DNA from: Trichodesmium erythraeum IMS101
GTDB lineage: Bacteria; Cyanobacteriota; Cyanobacteriia; Cyanobacteriales; Microcoleaceae
Length of the DNA: 32,000 bases
Direction of reading: 5' to 3'
Assembly (NCBI RefSeq): GCF_000014265.1
Contig: NC_008312.1
Span: 5,970,001 to 6,002,000, forward strand
The number at the start of each line of letters is the position of its first letter. Within the stretch, counting starts at the first letter, position 1. The notes under the pieces are model-generated. The model worked only from the letters and a program-made list of their open reading frames with translations, was not told where the DNA came from and searched no databases. Of this stretch, positions 1-10,703 are shown piece after piece. Position numbers and translations under genes: made by a program.

Positions 1-1
1 A

Positions 2-3000
2 CACCCTCTAGTTATCTTTATTGATGATTTACAATGGGCAGACTTACCCTCTCTAAATTTAATAGAGCAATTAATGTCAAATTCTGACAACCAATATTTT
101 CTGATGCTGGGGGCATATAGAAATAATGAAGTTAGTTCAACCCATCCTTTAGTAAATACCTTAAATAAAATTAAGCAAGGAAAAGTTATAGTTAATGAAA
201 TTAGCCTTTCGCCCTTAAAATTTACCCACATTAATCAATTAATTGCTGATACCCTCAGTTGCAGCTCAGAAATTTCAAAACCTTTAGCTAAGTTAATTGG
301 GAAAAAAACCAATGGTAATCCTTTTTTCCTAACTCAACTTCTCTATTATTTGTATCAAGAAAGTTTGCTAGTATTTCAGGACCCTCAGTCTTTAATTAAT
401 ACAAAAAAACATCAAAAATGTTATTGGCAATGGGATATAGAAAAGATTAAAAGGGTATCTATTACCGATAATGTAGTAGAATTGATGGTAAGTAAAATTG
501 AAAAATTAGAGCTAAAAACTCAAAATATTCTCAAATTAGCAGCTTGTATTGGTAACCAATTTAATTTAGAAATTCTTTCGATTATTAATAGAAAATCTCA
601 AATAATTACTGCCCAAGAATTAGAATATGCAATTCAGGAAGGACTAATAAATCCTCTGGATAATAACTATAAAATCGTTTTACTTTGGAATGCTGAAGAA
701 TTATCAAATGAGCTACTAGAAAACTATTTGGAATCAGCCAAGTACGTCCCCTACAAATTTTTGCATGACCGAGTTCAACAAGCTGCCTATTCTTTAATTC
801 CAGAAGATCAGAAAAATAAATTACATTTACAAATAGGTCGTCTACTACTGAGAAATATTGGAGAAGATGAGTTAGAAAAGAAGATATTTGATATTGTTAA
901 TCAATTGAATGAAGGGAGTGCTTTAATAACTAAAAAATCAGAAAGATATGAATTAGTTAAACTTAATCTTAAAGCAGGTAAAAAAGCTAAAGCTTCAACA
1001 GCTTATGCACCAGCTTTAAGATACTTAGAAACTGGTTTAGAACTATTAGAGGAAAATAGCTGGCAGAATCATTATCAATTGACTTTAGAACTTCATGTAG
1101 AAACCTTAGAAATTTTATATTTAAATGCCAAGTGGGAGCAAACTGAAGAATTATCTAGAACTATTCTGCAAAAAGGTCAAAATATTCTTGATAAGGTTAA
1201 AGTTTATGAGTTAATTATTATGTCTTATTTTGCTCAATTTAAGACACAGAAAGCAATTAATACTGCTTTGAAAGCTTTAACAAAACTGGGTGTATCTTTA
1301 TCCCAAGAAGTTGTTAGTGAAAGTGAAATAAAAAATAGGATTAAACAAGAAAATGAATCACTAAAATTGAAATTAAAAAGAAAAACAATTGCCGAATTAG
1401 CTGATTTGCCAGAATTAACTGATCCTTATAAACTAGCAGCCATATCAATATTGCAGCAAGTTAGGACTTCAACAGTGACAACAAATATGTCATTATTTGT
1501 AGAGATACTTTTAACTCAACTAAGTCTTTGTATAAAATATAATAATCCTCCTCAAGCTGCTGCTATTTATGTTTCTTATGGAGCGCTTCTATATGGAGTA
1601 ATAGGAGATATTGATTCTGGGTATCAGTTTGGAAAACTGTCTCTCAGATTACTAGAGAAATACAATGTTACTAAATTTGAAGCTTTAGTAATTCATAACT
1701 TTTTTGCATATATATGGCATTGGAGAAAGCTGATAAATGACAAGATAGTAGAAGAAAAATTACTTAATACTATACAGAAAGGTATCAATATAGGAAGTAA
1801 TGAATATGTTTGTTATACCTGTTTGTTATATTGCCTTCTCAGGTTTTTTAGAGGAGTTAATTTAGAGCAAGTTAAGGAGGATTTTATAACATATACTGAG
1901 GTAGTTAAAAAAATTGATCAAAAATTTTCTATCAATCAGATAGAAATGCTGAAAAATATTACGGAAAACTTAAGAAATGAAAGCCAATATAAATACTGTT
2001 TGTTGCTGGGAAATTCTCAAGATGAAGAGGATGCATATTTAGAAATACATAAGAATAAGATGAATGTTTATTTGCTGTTTGTTTACTATTTTAGTAAAAC
2101 ACTTGTTTCTTATTTTTTGAAAGATTACTTGATAGCTTTTAAGAGTAGTCAAGATGCTAGAAAATATGTGATGGAACAGATGGGGCATTTAATAAAACCA
2201 CAATATAATTTCTATTCTTCTCTTTCTTTGATAGCTTATTACAATAATGCTAATACAAAACAGCAAAAAGAATTACTAGAACAGGTAGGCAAAAATCAGG
2301 AGAGTATGAAAATATGGAGTCAATATTGCCCAGAAAACTTTCAACATAAATATGATTTAGTAGCAGCAGAAAAAGCCAGAATATTAGGGCAAAATTGGCG
2401 AGCACAAGAATTTTATGAAAAAGCGATTCAAGGAGCAAAAAAATATGAATTTATCCACGAAGAGGCTTTAGCTTACGAACGAGCATCTGAATTTTATTTT
2501 ACCTTTGGGAGAGAAGAAATCGGTCAATTGTACTTAAGAAATGCTTATCATTGTTACATCCGTTGGAGAGCAAAAGCTAAAGTTAAACAATTAGAATCAG
2601 AATATCCTCAGTATTTATTAGGAATAACGAATCAGAATAAATCTCAAGGGTTAAGTACGACGATATCTACAACAGGAAATGATGGAGAAATTCTCGACTT
2701 AACTACAGTTATTAAAGCATCTCAAGCAATTTCTGGTGAAATTAAGTTAGAAAATCTCCTGCACAATTTAATGAAAATTGTGATTGAAAATGCTGGGGCT
2801 CAAAAAGGCTTTTTAATTCTTAACCATAAAGGTAGTTGGGTTATTGAAGCCCAAGGAAATGTAACAGAAGAAGAAGTTACTATTTTGCAATCAATTCCGA
2901 TTAAGTTGAAGGAACATGATAATTCAAATCTAATATTACCTGATAGTATCATTAATTATGTTGCTCGTACTCAAGAATATGTAGTACTAGATGAAGCATT

Positions 3001-4453
3001 TTCTGAAGGTCAATTTATTAATGATCCTTACATTATTGCGAACCAAACTAAGTCTATTCTCTCTACTCCTTTACTTAATCAAGGTGAATTAAAAGGTATT
3101 GTTTATTTAGAGAATAATTTAACTACAGGGGCATTTACTTCACAACGAATAGAACTATTAAATATCCTATCTGCTCAAGCTGCTATTTCTATTGATAATT
3201 CAAGACTATACCAAACTTTAGAACAAAGAGTAGAAAAACGGACTAAAGAACTATCACAAACATTAAGTGTTCTCAAAGCAACTCAAGCAGAATTAATTTT
3301 TGAAAATGACTTACTAAAAGATAATACACAACTTTCTAGTTTCGATTATCAAGTAGGAGGAAGTTTGCCTATGGACGCACCAACTTATGTGGTACGACAG
3401 GGGGATAGAACCCTTTACAAAGGGTTAAAACAAGGTCAGTTTTGTTATATTTTTAATTCTCGACAAATGGGTAAATCTAGTCTAATGATCAGAATGATGA
3501 ACCATTTAAAGCATGAAGGATATAAATGTGTAGCCATAGATTTAACTCGTATTGGGACTTCTAATGTTACTGTTGAACAATGGTATAAAGGATTAATAGT
3601 TGATTTATTACGAAGTTTTGGGTTACGCAGAAAAGTTGATTTTAAAGCTTGGTGGAATGAGCGGTTAGATATTTCTCCTGTGCAAAGGTTTGGTCAATTT
3701 CTGGAAGATTTATTGTTAGTTGAAGTCAATTCAGAGCATCAAGAGTCGCCTCAAAAAATATTCATTTTTATTGATGAAGTTGATAGTATTTTACGGTTAA
3801 ATTTCCCAGTTGATGACTTTTTTGCTTTGATTCGTTCCTGTTATAATGAACGAATGATTAATCCAGAATCTAGGTATCATTATCTTACTTTTATTGTTCT
3901 AGGAGTTACGACTCCTTCAGAATTGATAAAAGATCGTAAAAAAACTCCTTTTAATATTGGTCAAGCTGTTGAATTGGAAAGTTTTAAAATCCATGAAGCA
4001 CAGCCTTTATTATATGGATTAACTGAGAAAGTAAGTAATCCTCAAACCATCCTTAAAGAAATCTTAAATTGGACAGGAGGACAGCCTTTTTTAACCCAAA
4101 AATTATGTCGAATAATTCGTAATATCGAAACTGAGATTCCAACTAATGATGAAAGTAAATGGATTGAAAATTTAGTCCAAGAAAAATTTATTCATAATTG
4201 GGAAAGTCAGGATCAACCAGAGCATTTAAGAACTATTAGAGATAGAATTTTACACAGCAAAAATAGTCAAAAACTTCTCTCCCTTTATCAAGAAATATTA
4301 GAGGAAAGAAAAGTAATTTTTATTCATACTTCAGAAGAAGAGGAATTACGTTTATTAGGACTGGTGATTAAGGAAAATGGTTTTCTGAAAGTTCATAACC
4401 GTATCTATGAATTGATTTTTAATTCTCATTGGGTTGAGTCCCAAAAGTCTTGA
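2..4453 (+). CDS. Large STAND-type signalling protein, 5'-truncated by the window edge: AAA_16-like NTPase (Walker B region), helical/TPR-like region, GAF, coiled coil, then a C-terminal AAA-like (PF14516/AAA_35-like) P-loop module
   Basis: The frame of ORF 74..4453 stays open back to nt 2 ([25 protein letters not shown]). This is the Walker-B block typical of AAA_16 domains in cyanobacterial Ser/Thr-kinase/sensor proteins. GAF-like block at ~2690-3215 (GIVYLENN...[20 protein letters not shown]). Coiled coil, then [22 protein letters not shown]...[10 protein letters not shown] (P-loop ~3461-3481), [23 protein letters not shown]. Confidence 0.85.
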   Translation, partial: HPLVIFIDDLQWADLPSLNLIEQLMSNSDNQYFLMLGAYRNNEVSSTHPLVNTLNKIKQGKVIVNEISLSPLKFTHINQLIADTLSCSSEISKPLAKLIGKKTNGNPFFLTQLLYYLYQESLLVFQDPQSLINTKKHQKCYWQWDIEKIKRVSITDNVVELMVSKIEKLELKTQNILKLAACIGNQFNLEILSIINRKSQIITAQELEYAIQEGLINPLDNNYKIVLLWNAEELSNELLENYLESAKYVPYKFLHDRVQQAAYSLIPEDQKNKLHLQIGRLLLRNIGEDELEKKIFDIVNQLNEGSALITKKSERYELVKLNLKAGKKAKASTAYAPALRYLETGLELLEENSWQNHYQLTLELHVETLEILYLNAKWEQTEELSRTILQKGQNILDKVKVYELIIMSYFAQFKTQKAINTALKALTKLGVSLSQEVVSESEIKNRIKQENESLKLKLKRKTIAELADLPELTDPYKLAAISILQQVRTSTVTTNMSLFVEILLTQLSLCIKYNNPPQAAAIYVSYGALLYGVIGDIDSGYQFGKLSLRLLEKYNVTKFEALVIHNFFAYIWHWRKLINDKIVEEKLLNTIQKGINIGSNEYVCYTCLLYCLLRFFRGVNLEQVKEDFITYTEVVKKIDQKFSINQIEMLKNITENLRNESQYKYCLLLGNSQDEEDAYLEIHKNKMNVYLLFVYYFSKTLVSYFLKDYLIAFKSSQDARKYVMEQMGHLIKPQYNFYSSLSLIAYYNNANTKQQKELLEQVGKNQESMKIWSQYCPENFQHKYDLVAAEKARILGQNWRAQEFYEKAIQGAKKYEFIHEEALAYERASEFYFTFGREEIGQLYLRNAYHCYIRWRAKAKVKQLESEYPQYLLGITNQNKSQGLSTTISTTGNDGEILDLTTVIKASQAISGEIKLENLLHNLMKIVIENAGAQKGFLILNHKGSWVIEAQGNVTEEEVTILQSIPIKLKEHDNSNLILPDSIINYVARTQEYVVLDEAFSEGQFINDPYIIANQTKSILSTPLLNQGELKGIVYLENNLTTGAFTSQRIELLNILSAQAAISIDNSRLYQTLEQRVEKRTKELSQTLSVLKATQAELIFENDLLKDNTQLSSFDYQVGGSLPMDAPTYVVRQGDRTLYKGLKQGQFCYIFNSRQMGKSSLMIRMMNHLKHEGYKCVAIDLTRIGTSNVTVEQWYKGLIVDLLRSFGLRRKVDFKAWWNERLDISPVQRFGQFLEDLLLVEVNSEHQESPQKIFIFIDEVDSILRLNFPVDDFFALIRSCYNERMINPESRYHYLTFIVLGVTTPSELIKDRKKTPFNIGQAVELESFKIHEAQPLLYGLTEKVSNPQTILKEILNWTGGQPFLTQKLCRIIRNIETEIPTNDESKWIENLVQEKFIHNWESQDQPEHLRTIRDRILHSKNSQKLLSLYQEILEERKVIFIHTSEEEELRLLGLVIKENGFLKVHNRIYELIFNSHWVESQKS

Positions 4454-4624
4454 ATTTGATTTTCATAGTAAGTATTGAGGATGATGGTAAATAATAGCTA
4501 AATTAGAAGGTAATAATTAATTTTTTTTCAATAGGTCTCTTTGTTTGTGTAGCTGAAAGAGAGCTTGTTGAATTTTAATACTAAAATTTAAAATTTATTG
4601 GAAAAAAAATCAGGTTAATTTCAA

Positions 4625-4709
4625 CGGAGAGGGTGGGATTCGAACCCACGGAAGGTCTCCCTTCAACAAATTTCGAGTTTGCCGCATTCGACCACTCTGC
4701 CACCTCTCC
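4625..4709 (-). tRNA. tRNA-Ser (anticodon CGA), class II with long variable arm
   Basis: Reverse complement folds as GGAGAGG / UG / GCA-GAGUGGUCGAA-UGC / G / GCAAA-CUCGAAA-UUUGU / 16-nt variable arm with GAAGG:CCUUC stem / GUGGG-UUCGAAU-CCCAC / CCUCUCC / G. It has a 7-bp acceptor stem, a canonical T-loop, anticodon loop CU-CGA-AA and discriminator G. CCA is not encoded. Confidence 0.92.
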
Positions 4710-4811
4710 CTAAAACAATAAAAGTTAAAAGTCCAAACTTAGATATTAAAAGTTATTTTGGAGTTTTGACTATTTATTTTGATGATTTAAAGTATCATAT
4801 TTTTGATTATA

Positions 4812-7262
4812 TCACAGGAAAGAACTATCAGACTGATCTAATTCTAAAGTACTTTGAAAGCCAGTAATAGGAGTCCATTGAATGGCGCCATCACGACCTG
4901 TCCAAAATAGAGGAATATTATTTTCTTGAAAAAATTCAATCATATCTGGATGGACAGAGTCTGAAGAAGCGATCGCTACTTTTGGCCGAATAATATTCAA
5001 TAACTCTGCATTCAGCTTATTCCCGGACCACCAAAGCACTTCTGTTGGCTGAAAACTTTTTTCTGCTAATAACTTACTTTGTTGAGATAGCTCAGTATTC
5101 CCCAATAATAACCAACTTTGGCCATGAATCATAAATTTTACGATTGGGGTCTCAGAGTTAATTAATTTCATCTGGGTAGAACCTAAGTCAACATTTTGAT
5201 TCTTTATCACAGTATAGTAATTAGCTTTAATCTTTTGCAGAGCATTAAACACGGGTTGATTATTAGTTTGATAACCTTTTTCCTCATCAGTTTCCACATC
5301 ATAAAAAGTTTTAATTTTCAAGCTTTCAAAAACATATGGCCACCCACGACTTAGACCTTTTTGGGAATGAAGATCAATAGACCAATCAATTTTATTAATA
5401 CCTTGCTGCCGTAAGAATGGTAACACTTTAAACCTGGCTGTATTTTCATCTCCAGCATTGACCAAAATTACTTTACCTTGATCTTGAATAACAAAAACTG
5501 GTTTGGAGGGTGAGTCAAGAATGGTAGCTTGAAATACAGAGGTCCGAGTATACCACAGAGGAATAATAATAATAGCGATCGCCAAGAGCAAACTCCACTG
5601 CCAAAGCTTCAGAGAGAACTTTTTCTTCTTACCCTTGTCTACTTCTGGAGTTTTACTTTCCAAAAACCATGTGGTAAAAATCAACCCATATAGCACAACT
5701 AACTGATAAACGGATATTGCTCCCACTGCAACTTGATTTCCTGGTAACCTGCTAAAAAACTGTACAATTTCAATCAAAATCTTAACTGGAAAATGTAAAA
5801 TCATAGCGCTCAAGCTCCCTGCATCGGGGTAAATTAAGGCTAGCATTGCACTAATAAATCCACCTACAGTAATTACAGTCACCAGAGGTGCAACAATAAT
5901 ATTCACTAAAATAGCATAGGGCGAAACTACATAAAACACAGATAACAATAGAGGTAACACCCAAACAGAAGCAGAAATATAAATAGCAGCTAAATAGGCA
6001 ATACCGGAGGGCAACATATTTAAGCGTTTTGTTAAAGGTGGCAATGTTACCAATAGCCCAAGAGTCGCCAAAAAACTCAACTGAAACCCTAAATTCCAAA
6101 TCCACAAGGGATTAATTAATAACAGCAAAGTAGCAGCTAAAAGTAGAGAAACTAATGGTTTAACCATGCGTTGGAAAACAATTCCTAGCAAAGTGGCTAA
6201 ACCCATCAAAGCTGCTCGCAATACTGAAGGTACAAAACCTGTAAAAGCGACGTATATACTTAGGAGCAGGATACCAAAACTAAATCTTTTTCCTGAAGAC
6301 ATTTTTTTAGTTAAGGTCAGGACTGCACCCAAAATTAGGGAAACATGAAAACCTGATGCTGCCAATATATGAGCTAAACCTACCTGTATAAATTGGTCTC
6401 GTAGTTGATAGGAAAAATCTACGGCCTTACGCCCTAAAACCATAGCACTTACTAGAGGACCTTCTGGCACACCTAAGAACTTTACCTGAGCGCGAATAAT
6501 TCTCTGCCGAATTTTATATAAACCCCAAACATTATTTTCTTGGTTCAGCTCAGTAATTTTATAACCTGTAACTCCGGCAAAAGCACCTTCTCTAGCTAAA
6601 TAAGCGCGAAAATCAAAGCCTCCAGGGTTAGTTGCTGGTGATGGTCTATATAAAGAGCCGGTTATTGCTACTAATTCATTAGGATAAATACCTGTTGCTT
6701 GCAAAAGTGGTATTGTAACGTAAACCTTTCCTGTCACATCTTGGTGTACGTTTGCGGAGCCGCCAGTACCAACTACTTCACTAACTTGAGATGCTTTTAA
6801 CCAAAGTTGGGCTTTTCCTGAGCGAGTTGTGCGGGGAACAGAAAGAACTTTGCCTCGAACAATAACTACTTGTTGTTGAGACTCTCCATCAAGTGAAATA
6901 ATTTTACTAATGTCGCTTGCTGTGGGTTGGGGTACTCGCCATTGAAAATAAATACTTGCCAGCAGAGCGATCGCTCCTGCAGTTATCCACAACCAATTTG
7001 AGTTTAGTAAGTTTTTTCTAGTTCTTCTGGTGAGTAAGTCTTGAAGTTTATTACTTCTGAGTAAGTCTTCAGAACTTATTTCTTGCTCAGAAGCTGTCAT
7101 TTCTCTAGTTAACTTACGTAAATTTTGTCGGTATATTTGTTGTGCAATAGTTGCTAATAATAATCCTATAGTTACTACAGCATATATACCCCAAGGTAAA
7201 ATAGTAGATAATAGCCCCATTATATAAGCTAGGCAGATAACGATCACTACAGCTTGATTCAT
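4812..7262 (-). CDS. comEC: DNA internalization-related competence protein ComEC/Rec2 (polytopic membrane core plus C-terminal metallo-beta-lactamase-like domain)
   Basis: 816-aa ORF with many TM helices. Contains the ComEC-core signature region LAHILAASGFHVSLILG...SVLRAALMG, an N-terminal OB/DUF4131-like part, and a C-terminal segment laid out like the ComEC MBL domain. Confidence 0.9.
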   Translation of the reverse strand: MNQAVVIVICLAYIMGLLSTILPWGIYAVVTIGLLLATIAQQIYRQNLRKLTREMTASEQEISSEDLLRSNKLQDLLTRRTRKNLLNSNWLWITAGAIALLASIYFQWRVPQPTASDISKIISLDGESQQQVVIVRGKVLSVPRTTRSGKAQLWLKASQVSEVVGTGGSANVHQDVTGKVYVTIPLLQATGIYPNELVAITGSLYRPSPATNPGGFDFRAYLAREGAFAGVTGYKITELNQENNVWGLYKIRQRIIRAQVKFLGVPEGPLVSAMVLGRKAVDFSYQLRDQFIQVGLAHILAASGFHVSLILGAVLTLTKKMSSGKRFSFGILLLSIYVAFTGFVPSVLRAALMGLATLLGIVFQRMVKPLVSLLLAATLLLLINPLWIWNLGFQLSFLATLGLLVTLPPLTKRLNMLPSGIAYLAAIYISASVWVLPLLLSVFYVVSPYAILVNIIVAPLVTVITVGGFISAMLALIYPDAGSLSAMILHFPVKILIEIVQFFSRLPGNQVAVGAISVYQLVVLYGLIFTTWFLESKTPEVDKGKKKKFSLKLWQWSLLLAIAIIIIPLWYTRTSVFQATILDSPSKPVFVIQDQGKVILVNAGDENTARFKVLPFLRQQGINKIDWSIDLHSQKGLSRGWPYVFESLKIKTFYDVETDEEKGYQTNNQPVFNALQKIKANYYTVIKNQNVDLGSTQMKLINSETPIVKFMIHGQSWLLLGNTELSQQSKLLAEKSFQPTEVLWWSGNKLNAELLNIIRPKVAIASSDSVHPDMIEFFQENNIPLFWTGRDGAIQWTPITGFQSTLELDQSDSSFL

Positions 7263-7264
7263 TT

Positions 7265-7435
7265 TTGTCGTTAGACTTTAGCTTCTTCAACTTAAATATA
7301 CATTGCTGGATCCTAACTACTACCCTTATTTATTTTTTGTAGTTAGACTTTAGCCCCTTCAACTGAGAATATGTATTGCTTAAGCCCAACTACTAGCTTG
7401 ATTTATTATTTGTAGTTGAGCTCAAGCTCCATTTA
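7265..7435. repeat. ~72-bp tandem direct repeat, about 2.3 copies, in the comEC upstream spacer
   Basis: Units start at 7265 (TTGTCGTTAGACTTTAGCTTCTTCAACT...), 7337 (TTGTAGTTAGACTTTAGCCCCTTCAACT...) and 7410 (TTGTAGTTGAGCTCAAGCTCC, partial). Similarity is visible along the whole unit (..ATTGCT..AACTACTA..TTATT). Confidence 0.7.
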
Positions 7436-7909
7436 GATCGCTAAACCTAGTCTTAAACCTAGAATTGCATGAACAAACATAATACATAGTGCGATGCTAC
7501 CCAGGTAAGCGTGAGTAGTACGCAATGCAATTTGATTTCCACCAAATTTTGTCAGGGAAATGAAGCCGTTGGCTGCTAGCAATGTCAATACTATTGAACC
7601 GGTCCAAAAATGGGGACTTTCAAATATCTGCTGTTCTTGCATTACGAGAGATAATACCCCACCTGTATAACCTAATGCCATAAATAGAAACATTAATGGT
7701 GCCATTTTCTGATGATTAGATCCGTTTTTAATGGCTACTTCTTCATTTGTGGCTATTCGTCTACGCCATCCGGTAAAACCAACAAAACTACCTACGACAA
7801 ATACAACTGTTCCCATCATTGCTGGGTGTCCCCAATGTACGATGGGTTCAGGGACGTTAAAACTACGAAATATGTCAGCTATTGGTTCTAAGTATTGTCT
7901 GATTTCCAT
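7433..7909 (-). CDS. Small 4-TM membrane protein with conserved histidines (DUF4079-like / cytochrome b561-like fold suspected)
   Basis: 158-aa ORF with four hydrophobic helices. His residues sit near helix ends (HWGHPAMMG, NHQKMAP, SPHFWTG, THAYLG, VHAILG). The family assignment is from memory only. Confidence 0.6.
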   Translation of the reverse strand: MEIRQYLEPIADIFRSFNVPEPIVHWGHPAMMGTVVFVVGSFVGFTGWRRRIATNEEVAIKNGSNHQKMAPLMFLFMALGYTGGVLSLVMQEQQIFESPHFWTGSIVLTLLAANGFISLTKFGGNQIALRTTHAYLGSIALCIMFVHAILGLRLGLAI

Positions 7910-8060
7910 TTTTTTTTCTCTCTGGGTTTCTGGTGTTAAGTTTATTAGTCTAGCACAACTTACCTATCTAAATAATAAACCGGGTTTATTGATCTGATTA
8001 TTTGTTGGCTCTCAGGAATTTTCCTGGAGCAACCTGGTTTCTGTTTTTTTTTCAGTAAGT

Positions 8061-8945
8061 TTAGGCTGCTTCCATGGTTTCTTTGAGCAGTGGAAAGTTA
8101 AGCTTTTCCCGTTGTTGCAAGTAAAGTTGACCTACTTGCCGCGCTAAATTACGAATTCGGCCAATATAACGGGTGCGTTCGGTGACGGAAATTACTCCTC
8201 TGGCATCAAGTAAGTTAAAACTGTGGGAACATTTGAGAACATAGTCTAAACTTGGTAAGACTAATTCTCGTTTTATGAGTTGTTTGGCTTCTTGTTCATA
8301 AAGACCAAATAAGTTAAACAAAAAATCAGGGCTAGATGCTTCAAAGTTATAGCTACATTGTTCAATTTCTCCCTGAAGGTAAACGTCTCCATAAGTGATG
8401 TTGTCAGTCCATGCTATTTTAGTGATAGCATCAACTTCCTGGAGATACATGGCAAGGCGTTCTAAACCATAGGTGATTTCGATGGAAACTGGCCGACAGT
8501 CAATGCTACCACATTGTTGAAAGTAAGTAAATTGGGTGATTTCCATGCCATCAAGCCATACTTCCCAACCAACACCCCAAGCTCCTAGGGTGGGGGACTC
8601 CCAGTTGTCTTCTACAAATCGAATATCATGATCTTCTGGACGGATACCTAGAGCACGGAGAGAGTCTAGGTAAAGGTCTTGAATGTTATTGGGGGAGGGT
8701 TTCATTAAGACTTGATATTGATAGTAGTGTTGAAAGCGGTTGGGGTTTTCTCCATAACGCCCATCTGTGGGACGCCGACAGGGTTCAACATAGGCTACTG
8801 ACCAAGGTTCAGGACCGATCGCCCGCAGAAAGGTGTGGGGGTTCATTGTACCTGCTCCTTTTTCGGTATCATAAGATTGAGCGATTAGACAGCCGCGATC
8901 GCTCCAGAATTGATTTAAGGTGGCTATGACTGATTGGAAGTTCAC
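8061..8945 (-). CDS. glyQ: Glycine--tRNA ligase alpha subunit
   Basis: 294 aa. [70 protein letters not shown]...[15 protein letters not shown] is the highly conserved GlyQ sequence along its full length. Confidence 0.97.
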   Translation of the reverse strand: MNFQSVIATLNQFWSDRGCLIAQSYDTEKGAGTMNPHTFLRAIGPEPWSVAYVEPCRRPTDGRYGENPNRFQHYYQYQVLMKPSPNNIQDLYLDSLRALGIRPEDHDIRFVEDNWESPTLGAWGVGWEVWLDGMEITQFTYFQQCGSIDCRPVSIEITYGLERLAMYLQEVDAITKIAWTDNITYGDVYLQGEIEQCSYNFEASSPDFLFNLFGLYEQEAKQLIKRELVLPSLDYVLKCSHSFNLLDARGVISVTERTRYIGRIRNLARQVGQLYLQQREKLNFPLLKETMEAA

Positions 8946-9162
8946 TTAATTTTTTTAGCTCTTGAGTTTACCTAATGTTAGGGCATTTTTGGGATTTTTT
9001 AGAGCAAAATACTCTGTTATTTTTTCCCATTTATTATATAACATAAAACTATTTTATTGTCAACTATAAAAAGGGATATTTTTGAGTATAATTTAATTAG
9101 GAATTATCAGGGGTAATTAGGAATGATTATATCTCTAATTTTTGGGCAATAATCAACAGAAT

Positions 9163-9671
9163 ATGGTTGAGAAGTTTGGATTAAAAATGCTTGAGAAAAG
9201 ACAGAATGGGTAGATGGGAAGTTATTAGATAAAAATGGTATGCTTTTTAAGCATGGTCTGATTCAAAGAAATGTTTATTTTTATTGGAGAGGTTATCAAT
9301 ATTCTAGTGGGGAAGGTGGAAAGGTTGATGCTGATGTATTTTGTCTTACAAACAAGCAAGGTGGTTATTCTGATGTGGCTTATCTTACTTGGAAATTGGA
9401 TACAAATTTTGGCAATGAAAAAGTTTTGCCTCAAGGTTTTCCTTTAAGTGCTGAGGTTGTTTATCCAACAGATTTGGCTGAGGATGTTATTGCTAAAGCA
9501 CAATAATATTTGGAGTCTGGAGGGAAAGAAGTTTGGTTAGTATTTCCTGAGAATAAATCGGTAATTGTTGTGACTTTAGAATCAAATATTATTTTTATTT
9601 CTGGGCAGGTTGTTAATACTCAAAAAGTTTTAGGTGGTTTTAGTATTCTGGTAGATGAGTTATTAGTTTAA
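9163..9671 (+). pseudogene. Uma2-family (DUF820) putative endonuclease, disrupted by a frameshift near 9200-9215 and an in-frame TAA at 9504-9506
   Basis: Frame pieces: MVEKFGLKMLEKRQNG* / (shifted) EWVDGKLLDKNGMLFKHGLIQ...SDVAYLTW...PLSAEVVYPTDLAEDVIAKAQ* and then, in the same frame, YLESGGKEVWLVFPENKSVIVVT...GGFSILVDELLV*. Together these reproduce the usual Uma2 layout (E-W-x-DG core, PD-(D/E)xK-like xAEVVxP, C-terminal YLxxGxxEVWlvxP). Confidence 0.7.
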
Positions 9672-9965
9672 TGGCAATTATTTTTGTATTCTGACTGGGA
9701 GAATTTACAGTTTATTCTCTTTTGGTAAGGTAATTTTTTCAAGAATAGATAGGGAGGTTGCATACAAGGTTCCGGCGGAGGAAAAAAGGAATTTACTCAC
9801 CTTAACCCTGACTGTGGAGGAGAAAGGTCCGTAGTCGGATATTTTGTTCTTTGATTTTTCTGCATCGGTTCATGAAATATAGAAACATTTTCCATTTTTT
9901 TGGGGTCATAATGGTGGGTGATGGTGGATTATTAAATACTTTTGATAGTCAGTAATTAATGTTGT

Positions 9966-10283
9966 CTAATCATACATCCAGTCTCTATTATATTCCAACT
10001 CCTTCAATACTTCAGAAGTAAAGGGATTTTCTCCTTTTTTCAAAGTCTCTATCCAACCCTCAACTTTTGCTTTTTCATCCTCATCTTTGGTAGTATCTAC
10101 TAATACTTGAAAATCCTCAATTGCTCCCTGATAATTTCCTGTTAATGTTCTTGCTAAACCTCGATAATTCCGGATTTTTCTATCATTTGGTTTCAATTTA
10201 ACAGCTTTTTCACAGGCAAACATAACATCTTGATCCTGATTATTTAAGCTGCCAAACAAACATAATTCTCCCCAATTTTCCAC
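9966..10283 (-). CDS. TPR-like C-terminal tail fragment. The reading frame is open and in frame all the way back to 10538, directly after the stop of the caspase-WD40 gene
   Basis: The only start candidate is GTG at 10283. Codons 10538..10284 (85 codons, no stop) are in the same frame and are paralogous to the last 55 codons of the upstream gene. The sequence NWGELCLFGSLNNQ...ACEKAVKLKPND...RGLARTLTGNYQGAIEDF...GENPFTSEVLKEL looks like the usual tail of cyanobacterial WD40/TPR STAND proteins. Confidence 0.55.
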   Translation of the reverse strand: MENWGELCLFGSLNNQDQDVMFACEKAVKLKPNDRKIRNYRGLARTLTGNYQGAIEDFQVLVDTTKDEDEKAKVEGWIETLKKGENPFTSEVLKELEYNRDWMYD

Positions 10284-10703
10284 ATCTATTTCGACATCTG
10301 AATCTAATTTTTGTGCTTGATTATAAAGATTAATTGTTTGTTCTATTTTTCCCTCTTTTGCTAATTTTTTACCTTCTTTTACTTTGGCAGAAGCAGCAAT
10401 TTTGTTTGCTACAAGTTGGGGGTCTGTTTCTCTAGTTTCTGTATCAGGATCGAGGTCAATTTCTGGTGATAATTTTTGGGCTTCTTTAAACAGAGAAATT
10501 GCCTCTTCTATTTTTCCCTCTATTGCTAATTTTTTACCTTATTTTAATTTGGCAGAAGCAGCAAGTTTATTTGCTACAAGTTGGGGGTCTGTTTCTCTAG
10601 TTTCTGTATCAGGATCGAGGTCAATTTCTGGTTCCAATTCTAGAGCTTTTTTGAAGATAGAAATTGCCTGTTTGATTTTCGGTTTTTCCCCTGTTTTTGC
10701 AAG
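10284..10703. repeat. 165-bp (55-codon) tandem repeat, ~2.5 copies, spanning the stop codon of the caspase-WD40 gene
   Basis: Copy 1 is 10539-10703, copy 2 is 10374-10538, and copy 3 (partial) is 10284-10373. A 55-nt stretch CAAGTTGGGGGTCTGTTTCTCTAGTTTCTGTATCAGGATCGAGGTCAATTTCTGG is identical at ~10412 and ~10577. Confidence 0.85.

Noticed and set aside
4679-4867. 62-aa + strand ORF.
   Set aside because: It starts inside the tRNA-Ser gene on the opposite strand, runs through AT-rich spacer into the comEC 3' end, and has no coding signature.
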